From an uncultured delta proteobacterium (GTDB taxonomy: Bacteria > Myxococcota_A > Polyangia > Palsa-1104): a DNA stretch of 64,000 bases. Shown in pieces: positions 57,205 through 64,000 of the stretch (position 1 is its first letter; the number at the start of each line of letters is the position of its first letter). The notes below the pieces were generated by a model. The model searched no databases and was not told the DNA's origin. It was given only the letters and a program-made list of their open reading frames with translations. A program made the translations under genes and the position numbers. The stretch spans positions 1 to 64,000 of the forward strand of contig CAWAWS010000047.1 of NCBI GenBank assembly GCA_963785725.1, read 5' to 3'.

Positions 57205-58025
57205 GCGAAGACGCGCAGAAGCTGCGGCTGGTCGTGCCCGGCGCGGCCGGCAAGATGGGGCGCATGATCGTCAAGGTCATCGCCGATACGCCGACGGCGC
57301 AGCTGGTGGCCGCGGTGGAACGGCCGGGCTCGCCGCTGCTCGGTCAGGACGCGGGCGTCGTCGCCGGTCTGGGCGCGCTGTCGGTGAAGATTCAGGCCGA
57401 GCTCGACGAGGCGCTGGCACAGGCCGACGTCATCATCGACTTCACGGCGCCGGCGGCGACGGCGTGGACGGTGTCGCGCGCGGCCGAGCACGGCGTGGGC
57501 ATGGTCATCGGCACGACCGGCCTCGGCGAAGCCGAGAAGCGCGCGGTGTGGCAGGCGGCCGAGCGCATTCCCATCGTGCTCTCGGCGAATATGTCACTCG
57601 GTGTCAACGTGCTGTTCGGGCTCATCGCGCAGGCGGCCCGCGCGCTCGGTAACGACTACGACGTCGAGATCGTCGAGCTGCACCATCGGCAAAAGCGCGA
57701 TGCCCCGTCGGGGACGGCGCTGGCGATGGCGTCGGCGCTGGCCGAGGCGCTCGGGCGCGACTTGGGCACGGTGACGCGCAACGGCCGCGCCGGCAACGTC
57801 GGCGCGCGCACGACCGAGGAGATCGGGATTCACGCCGTGCGCGGCGGCGACATCGTCGGCGAGCACACCGCCTATTTCTGCGGGCTCGGCGAGCGGCTCG
57901 AGGTCACCCATCGCGCGTCGTCGCGGGAGACGTTCGCGCACGGCGCCGTGCGCGCCGCCGAGTGGCTGCGCGATCGCGATCCCGGCCTCTACGACATGCA
58001 GGACGTGCTCGGCCTGCGACGGTGA
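57201..58025 (+). CDS. dapB: 4-hydroxy-tetrahydrodipicolinate reductase
   Basis: GAAGKMG, IDFT, IGTTG, NMSLG, ELHHRQKRDAPSGTA, RGGDIVGEH. Confidence 0.96.
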   Translation: MSEDAQKLRLVVPGAAGKMGRMIVKVIADTPTAQLVAAVERPGSPLLGQDAGVVAGLGALSVKIQAELDEALAQADVIIDFTAPAATAWTVSRAAEHGVGMVIGTTGLGEAEKRAVWQAAERIPIVLSANMSLGVNVLFGLIAQAARALGNDYDVEIVELHHRQKRDAPSGTALAMASALAEALGRDLGTVTRNGRAGNVGARTTEEIGIHAVRGGDIVGEHTAYFCGLGERLEVTHRASSRETFAHGAVRAAEWLRDRDPGLYDMQDVLGLRR

Positions 58026-58957
58026 AAACGCGCGGGCGGCGGTTCGACTACGCGAAGCTGGCGACGGAAGCGCCGCATCCGAAGTCGGCGCAGCTGGAGA
58101 CGCTCTCGCTGGACGAGATCGTCGCGCTCTTGCTCACCGAGGAGAAGCGCGCGCAGAAGGCGGCGTTCGCGGCGCGACGTGACATCGCGCGCGCCGCCGA
58201 ACGCGTGGCGGCGGCGTTGCGCGCGGGCGGCCGGCTGTTCTATGTCGGCGCGGGGACGAGCGGGCGCTTGGGCGCGCTCGACGCCGCCGAGCTGCCGCCG
58301 ACGTTCGGCTCGTCGCCGGCGCAGGTCGTGGCCGTCGTCGCGGGCGGGCCGCGCGCGCTCACGCGCTCGGTCGAAGGCGCCGAAGATCGCGCGGCGGCCG
58401 CCACGCGACGCCTCGGCCGCCTCGGCCTCGCCGCCGGCGACGTCGTCTGCGCCATCGCCGCCTCGGGCGTGACGCCTTTTGCGCGCGCGGCATTGGCGTT
58501 CGGCAAGGAGCGCGGCGCGACGACGCTGTTCATCACCTGCGCGCCCGATCCGACGCACGCCGAATTGGCCGACATCGTCATCGCCGCGCCGGTCGGTCCC
58601 GAAGTCTTGGCCGGCTCGACGCGCCTAAAGAGCGGCAGCGTGACGAAAATGATCCTGAACGCGCTCTCGACCGCGACGATGATAGCGCTCGGCAAGGTCT
58701 ATCGCGGCCGCATGGTCGACGTCGTCGCCAGCAACGACAAGCTGCGCGATCGCGCCCGCCGCATCGTGGCCGAGCTCTGCCGCGTCGACGAGCGCACGGC
58801 GCGCTCGCTGCTCAAGCGCGCCGGCGGACGACCGAAGCTCGCCATCGCCATGCACGCGCTCTCGCTGCCTGCCGCCGAAGCCGCCGCGCGATTGGCCGAA
58901 GCCGGCGACGACCTGCATCGCCTGCTCGGCGCTACACGAAAACGTCGGCGACGGTAA
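58022..58957 (+). CDS. murQ: N-acetylmuramic acid 6-phosphate etherase
   Basis: GAGTSGRLG.LDAAE.PPTF, EGAED, ASG.TP, GPEVLAGSTRLK.G, MVDV..SN.KL..RA. Confidence 0.93.
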   Translation: MKTRGRRFDYAKLATEAPHPKSAQLETLSLDEIVALLLTEEKRAQKAAFAARRDIARAAERVAAALRAGGRLFYVGAGTSGRLGALDAAELPPTFGSSPAQVVAVVAGGPRALTRSVEGAEDRAAAATRRLGRLGLAAGDVVCAIAASGVTPFARAALAFGKERGATTLFITCAPDPTHAELADIVIAAPVGPEVLAGSTRLKSGSVTKMILNALSTATMIALGKVYRGRMVDVVASNDKLRDRARRIVAELCRVDERTARSLLKRAGGRPKLAIAMHALSLPAAEAAARLAEAGDDLHRLLGATRKRRRR

Positions 58958-59882
58958 CGAGCCCGCGCGGCGCCGAACGCAGCCGGCACAGCGCGTTCAA
59001 CGCCGTGCCGACGGTAGCGCGGTCACCTTGCGTGCCGCCGGCGATCGTGACGTCCATCGGCGGGTCCGAGTCGAGCACGACGCGATCGTGCGGGTCGGGT
59101 GCGCCCACGTACATGTCGAGCGACAGCGTAATCCGCTCTTTGCCGCCGACGAACGCGCGCGCCCGCTGCTTGATGCCGAGCACCTTGCCGTCGCTGCCGA
59201 GCGCCGGCTCGATCGAATCTTCGTAGCGATCGATGCGCCAGCCGATGCCTTGCGCGATCAAGAGCGCCGATTCGCGCAGCCCGACGTGACCGATGCGCGC
59301 CTGCTTGACGCCCTCGGCAAACTCCTCGGGCGTCATCCCCTCGCCCACTTTCTTGCGCAGCGGGCCGCGCCGTTTCGCGGCGTCGACGACGCGCTCGACG
59401 CGCACGCTGTCGACGGACACGCAGGCGCCGGCCAGCGCCAACGGCAGCCGATCCATGACGAAGCCCGGGTTGACGCCGGTGCCGAGCACGGTCACGTCGG
59501 CGTGACGCGCGTGATCGTCGAGCCGAGCCCACGTCTGCGGGTCGACGCCGGGCGCCGACAGCTCTTCGCACGTCGAGACGATGTGCACGCGCCGCGCGAT
59601 CGCCAGCTCGATGTCGGGCACGATGCCGGCGAAGCGCGAGGTCGTCGTGAGCGCGATGCCTTCGACGCGACCGGGCACGAGCGCCGCCGCCAGCGACGGC
59701 TCGACGCGCACGTCCGCCGGCGCGCCCGGCACGATGTCGGCGAGCGAGCGGCCCGCGAGCGCCGGCGATAGATCGACCGCGGCGACAATGCGCAGCTCGG
59801 GCCGCGCCACCATCGCCCGCAACAGCTCGACGCCGATCGGCCCGAGGCCGACGATTCCCACGCGCAGTTGGCTCAGGCCCAA
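58932..59882 (-). CDS. NAD(P)-dependent amine dehydrogenase family (DapB-like N-terminus; 2,4-diaminopentanoate dehydrogenase-like)
   Basis: GLGPIG, STCEEL, GTGVNPGFVMD, GHVG..ES, GD.AT; TTG start after GGAG. Confidence 0.82.
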   Translation of the reverse strand: MGLSQLRVGIVGLGPIGVELLRAMVARPELRIVAAVDLSPALAGRSLADIVPGAPADVRVEPSLAAALVPGRVEGIALTTTSRFAGIVPDIELAIARRVHIVSTCEELSAPGVDPQTWARLDDHARHADVTVLGTGVNPGFVMDRLPLALAGACVSVDSVRVERVVDAAKRRGPLRKKVGEGMTPEEFAEGVKQARIGHVGLRESALLIAQGIGWRIDRYEDSIEPALGSDGKVLGIKQRARAFVGGKERITLSLDMYVGAPDPHDRVVLDSDPPMDVTIAGGTQGDRATVGTALNALCRLRSAPRGLVTVADVFV

Positions 59883-59883
59883 T

Positions 59884-61827
59884 TTAGGCTCCGTGTCCGT
59901 TGCGCGAGCTCTCGGCCGCGCGTCGCACCGCTTGTTCGAGCGCGCCGATCCGCTCCGACTCGCCGCGCAGCTCGAGCTCGAGCCGCCCCAACCGCTCGCG
60001 CGCCACGTCGAGCTGCCGCTCGGCATCGGCCGCGCGCGCTCGCGCCGTCGCCGCGCCGTCGACGAGGTGGCGCTGCTCGGCCGCCATGCGCTCGGCGCGC
60101 GCGCGTTCGTGCGCCGCCGCCGCCGCCGCGCGCTCGACCTGCGCCTCTTTGCGCGCCAGCTCCTGCATGACGCCGCCGAGCCGCACCCGCGCCGTCGACA
60201 ATTCGGCCTCGAGGCGCTCCACCTCGTCCGACGGTGGCGACGCCTGCTCGAGCGCCGTCAGCTGCGCGTCGCGCTCGGAGATCTCGTGACGCAGGGCCGC
60301 CACTTCGCGCTCACGATCGCGCAGCGCATGGCGCAAGCGGACCGCGCTCTCCGACCGCTCCTGCGCCTCGGCTTCCATATCGGCCATCAGCTGCGCCGTG
60401 CGTGCGCGATCGGCCGCGGCGATGGCGTCGGCGTTGACCAGCTCACGCTCGAGCGCGGCCACACGACCGTGCACCTCTTCGTCGAAGACGGGCGGAGGCG
60501 GCGGCGCGACGACCGGCCGTTCCCGCAGCTCGACCAGCTCGGCGTTGAGCCGCTTGACCTCGACCGACAGCTCCTTGCGCTGACTCTCGGCCCGCGCCAG
60601 CTCTTCCTTGAGCGTGACGGCCTTCTTCATCGCCTCTTCGGTGGCGCGCGTCAGGTCGATCGACGCCAGCTTGCGCGCGTCCTTGAGCTTACGCACCGTA
60701 TCTTCGCGCACCTCGGCCGCCTGCGCTTCGGCGTCCGAGCGCATCTTGAGCGCCTTCCAGGCTTCGGCGCGCGCGTCCGACTCCTTCGACTTCCACTTCT
60801 CGATCTCGGCTTGCAGCGCAGCGACGTCGGGCGGCGCCGGCAACGCCGCCAACGCCGCGTCCGGCAACGGCTGCCCCGCGCGCAGCCGCACGACGAAGCC
60901 TTCGGTCTCGGCCAGCTGCTTGCGCGCTTTACGCTCGGCGACTTCGGCCTTGTCGGCGCGCTGCTCGGCCATCCACGCCGCTTCGCGCAGCTTGGCCAGC
61001 TCGCGCCGCTCGACGTCGTACTCGGCCGCATAGGCATCGCGCTCGGCCAGCTCCGACTTCAGCTTCAAGACGAACGCCTGCAGCTCGTCCTTGCCCTTGT
61101 GCGCCGCTTCCAACTGCGCCTTCAAGTCGGCATCGGTGACGACGACGGCCGGCTTGGCCGCGGCTGCCGGCGGCGGCGTCGCCGGCGCGGACGTCGGTAC
61201 ACGCGGCGGCGCCGGCACCGGCTTCTTCGACTCGGCGACGGGCGCGACGCGACGCTCGGACGGCAGCGCGGCGATGTCGGCGAGCGGCACCTGCATGACG
61301 CCGTAGCCGCGCGACTTCTCGCGCTTGGGCCCGGCGACCGCGACATACCACTCGACGCGCTCACCTTTGGGCACCAACGTCCCATCGAGCACCGGATCGG
61401 GATCGGCCACGCCATACTCGACCAGCGTCGCGCCTGCGAACGGCGCCTGCCCCACCATTTTCATGGACGGGAACATCGGCTCGAGCAGATCGATCAGCTC
61501 ATAATAGGAGAGCCCGCTGCGCGCACCCGGCCGATCGCGGCTCGGCACCGCCAAGACCAAGGTGCCGTTGGGCTTGAGCAGCCGGCGAACGCTCTCGGCT
61601 ACCGTGCGCGCCTGAGCCGGATCGACATCCAGCGCGAACGCGACGTCGAAACCGGGCGGCAACATCTCGAGGTCGGCCGCGGCCACGGCGCGCACATTCT
61701 TGGCCCCGCGAGCTTGCAAAACTTCGTGTCCACCCTCGCCGCCAACATCGAGAACATCTGCACCTACGAGGAGATCTTGCACGTACAAGTAGGTGGTCAG
61801 GCGGCGCAGACGCGCGTCGAGCAACAT
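59884..61827 (-). CDS. Degenerate class I methyltransferase-like domain plus long coiled coil
   Basis: VLDVGG, FDV, RRLLKPNGTLVL; Pro-rich linker; about 400 aa of E/A/R/K-rich heptads. Confidence 0.72.
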   Translation of the reverse strand: MLLDARLRRLTTYLYVQDLLVGADVLDVGGEGGHEVLQARGAKNVRAVAAADLEMLPPGFDVAFALDVDPAQARTVAESVRRLLKPNGTLVLAVPSRDRPGARSGLSYYELIDLLEPMFPSMKMVGQAPFAGATLVEYGVADPDPVLDGTLVPKGERVEWYVAVAGPKREKSRGYGVMQVPLADIAALPSERRVAPVAESKKPVPAPPRVPTSAPATPPPAAAAKPAVVVTDADLKAQLEAAHKGKDELQAFVLKLKSELAERDAYAAEYDVERRELAKLREAAWMAEQRADKAEVAERKARKQLAETEGFVVRLRAGQPLPDAALAALPAPPDVAALQAEIEKWKSKESDARAEAWKALKMRSDAEAQAAEVREDTVRKLKDARKLASIDLTRATEEAMKKAVTLKEELARAESQRKELSVEVKRLNAELVELRERPVVAPPPPPVFDEEVHGRVAALERELVNADAIAAADRARTAQLMADMEAEAQERSESAVRLRHALRDREREVAALRHEISERDAQLTALEQASPPSDEVERLEAELSTARVRLGGVMQELARKEAQVERAAAAAAHERARAERMAAEQRHLVDGAATARARAADAERQLDVARERLGRLELELRGESERIGALEQAVRRAAESSRNGHGA

Positions 61828-61884
61828 GGTCGCGGACTCTACCACGAGTTGTGCAAGTGCTGCCGTCGCTGATAAAATGTGGCG

Positions 61885-63231
61885 GTGGCCGATGACCGCA
61901 ATCTCGTTTTGATCGACGCCGATGGGCGTCTCACGCTCGACCCGGAAGCGCAGCGGCGCTTGGCCGGCCGTCCCGGGCGCTTCCGCGTCGTCCCGACAAC
62001 CGGGGAAATCGTCATCCTGCAGCGCGTCGCCGATCAGCGCTCGAACAGCTCGGTGAGCACGATCGCCGTCGGCCGCGTCACACTCGCCGGCGAGATCGAT
62101 GCCGTCGGTGGCTTGGTCGACGTCATCAACTTCATCCTGTCGAATCAGTGGTCGGGACAGCTCGCCGCCGTCGATGGCTTGGCGCGTAAAACCATCCACT
62201 TCTTGCGCGGCGACGTACGCTCGGCGTCGAGCAACGTGCCCGAAGATCGCTTGGGCGCGATTCTCTACCGCTTCGGCGTCGTCAACGACGATCAATTGCA
62301 GACGGCGTTACGCGCGTCGGGCGGCTCGGCGCGGCTCGGCCAAGTGCTCGTGCAGCGCGGCCTCTTGTCTGCGCACGACCTCTACACCTACGTCCGCAAG
62401 CAGGTGGAAGAGATCTTCTTCACGCTGTTGACGATGCGCGTCGGCTCCTTCTATTTCTATCGCACCGACGAGGATCACGGCCCGGTGTCGCAGCTGAGCC
62501 TGCCGACGAAGCAGCTGCTCTTCGACGGCGTGCGCCGCATCGACGAGCTGTCCTATTTTCGCGCCAAGCTGCCGGCCAACGATCTCGTCCTGCAGCGACG
62601 TCATCCGGCGCCGCCGCAAAAGCTCGAGCATCGCGAGGAGCGGCTGCTCGACCTCATCGACGGCGCGCGCGACTTGGGCGCGGTCGCGCGCATGTCGCAC
62701 CTCGGCGAGTTCGAGACGACGAAGATCCTGTATCAGCTGCTGACGTCGGGCTTCGTCGAGCCCAAGAAACAGCCGGCGATTCAGATGCGCAACATCAGCG
62801 CCGGCGACTCGATCGAGGACATCTTCAGCAAGGTCGCCGACACCTTCAACGACGTCTTCATCAAGATCCACAGCGCCGTCTCGCAGCGCGGCAAAGCCGA
62901 GGCGCTGCAGGCCGGGCTCGAGTCGTTCTTCGGCTCGGTGGCCGAGTTCGCGCCGCTGTTCGTGGGCTTGGCGGTGGCGCCCGACGGCACGCTCAATCGC
63001 GAGCAGCTGCTCGCCAACTTGTCGATGGCGCCGACGGACGACAAGCTCGACTACCTGCATCGCGGCCTCAACGAGCTGCTCTTCTTCGAGCTCTTCACGG
63101 CCGGCGAAGCGGTCGATCGGCGCGAAGAGATCGAGCTGCATCAGCGGCTCAACCAGATCCTGCGCGATCGCTCGCCGCGCGTGCGCGAGATGACGGCCGA
63201 GCCCGAGGACGCCGGCGAACGCGCCGTATGA
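61885..63231 (+). CDS. DUF4388 (PatA-N-like) protein with an AbrB/MraZ-like N-terminus and a winged-helix region
   Basis: LAGEI..LVDVI....WSGQL, F..G.V..ASSN..DRLG.IL, RLGQVL, LLFDGVRRIDE. Confidence 0.8.
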   Translation: MADDRNLVLIDADGRLTLDPEAQRRLAGRPGRFRVVPTTGEIVILQRVADQRSNSSVSTIAVGRVTLAGEIDAVGGLVDVINFILSNQWSGQLAAVDGLARKTIHFLRGDVRSASSNVPEDRLGAILYRFGVVNDDQLQTALRASGGSARLGQVLVQRGLLSAHDLYTYVRKQVEEIFFTLLTMRVGSFYFYRTDEDHGPVSQLSLPTKQLLFDGVRRIDELSYFRAKLPANDLVLQRRHPAPPQKLEHREERLLDLIDGARDLGAVARMSHLGEFETTKILYQLLTSGFVEPKKQPAIQMRNISAGDSIEDIFSKVADTFNDVFIKIHSAVSQRGKAEALQAGLESFFGSVAEFAPLFVGLAVAPDGTLNREQLLANLSMAPTDDKLDYLHRGLNELLFFELFTAGEAVDRREEIELHQRLNQILRDRSPRVREMTAEPEDAGERAV

Positions 63232-63297
63232 TGAAGTCACTTGCTCGGTGAGCGCGGCCACACCTAACATCCGCCGCTGAAAGCAGGTCGGCGGCGG

Positions 63298-63801
63298 ATG
63301 CGCGTTCTCCTTTTTCTAGTTTCACTCTCGACAGTCACCATCACATCGACGAGCAGCGCGCAGGCCGACCCGGCCACCGAGGCGCGACGCCATTTCGACG
63401 CCGGGAATGCCGCCTACAGCCTGGGCAAATTCGTCCACGCCGCCGAGGAGTACAAGGCGGCCTTCAAGGAAAAGCAGGATCCGGCGTTTCTCTACAACAT
63501 CGCGCAGGCCTATCGGCTCGCCGGCGACGCGAAGAACGCCGTCTTCTTCTACCGCTCGTATCTGCGCAATCTGCCGAAGGCGCGCAATCGGCGCGAGGTC
63601 GAGGATCGCATCACGAAGCTCGAGCGTCAGCCGAGCCCGCCGCCGCGCGCGGAGCAGCCGGCGCCTGGGCCGACGACGCCGCCGCGCGGCAAGCGCAGCT
63701 CGGATTCGCACCAGACGCCGCCGATCATCCCGCATCCGCCGGGAGGCGAGCCGCGCACCGAGCCGTCCGACGACGCGCCGGCGCCTGCGGTCGCGCCCTA
63801 A
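63298..63801 (+). CDS. Secreted TPR-like protein with a Pro-rich tail
   Basis: Signal peptide; ARRHF..G..AY..G....A..EYK.A......FLYNIAQAYR......A..FYRSYL. Confidence 0.78.
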   Translation: MRVLLFLVSLSTVTITSTSSAQADPATEARRHFDAGNAAYSLGKFVHAAEEYKAAFKEKQDPAFLYNIAQAYRLAGDAKNAVFFYRSYLRNLPKARNRREVEDRITKLERQPSPPPRAEQPAPGPTTPPRGKRSSDSHQTPPIIPHPPGGEPRTEPSDDAPAPAVAP

Positions 63802-63944
63802 GCCGGGCCGCCCGTCCGTCTACGGCAACGCCGAAGCCAACAAAGCCGGCAACGAGATCTGACCGCCCGCGCTTACGTAGTCCGGCGACGACGGCGAAAC
63901 GTAGATTGCGCGGCGTTCGGTCGAGGCTGGCGTGGGAAGGGAAC

Positions 63945-63976
63945 CAGCAGCGCGGCCGTTTCCGACCGCGCTGCTG
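63945..63976. terminator. Hairpin, probable terminator of a minus-strand gene beyond the window
   Basis: CAGCAGCGCGG-N10-CCGCGCTGCTG, a perfect 11-bp stem. Confidence 0.5.
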
Positions 63977-64000
63977 ATTCAGAGCAGAGACTACGCGCTA

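Overview
GC-rich (roughly 70% by eye) chromosomal segment with about 64 genes. It is very probably from a Myxococcota bacterium, judging by a MXAN_4361/TIGR04563-type small protein, AgmX/PglI C-terminal domains, a MYXO-CTERM motif and a DUF4388 protein. Most of it is housekeeping or metabolic: phoH-HD-GYP-ybeY, mazG, rpsT, holA, rlmD-like, scoA/scoB, ihfB, a thiolase-hbd-crt-3x acyl-CoA dehydrogenase operon, Rieske/cytochrome b-c, lgt, dksA, Prx6, rsmB-like, gdh, ribF-DUF4912-GH57 and dapA-dapB-murQ. Many secreted or lipoprotein genes are interspersed. I saw no rRNA, tRNA, CRISPR array, integrase or transposase. About 19 single-base frameshifts, 18 of them +1, break ten genes and look like long-read consensus errors. 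The most notable observations are: (1) a ~1285-aa protein with an internal MYXO-CTERM followed immediately by a second lipoprotein signal, possibly a polyprotein; (2) three TonB-C-like AgmX/PglI proteins, one fused to a cupin, translationally coupled inside the acyl-CoA operon; (3) a beta-propeller-TIR protein; (4) a pervasive TAnnnT element 6-8 nt before start codons, suggesting leaderless mRNAs; (5) a probable ATA start for phoH; (6) a DnaA-box-like cluster upstream of rpsT. All family calls come from motif recognition by eye; no database searches were run.
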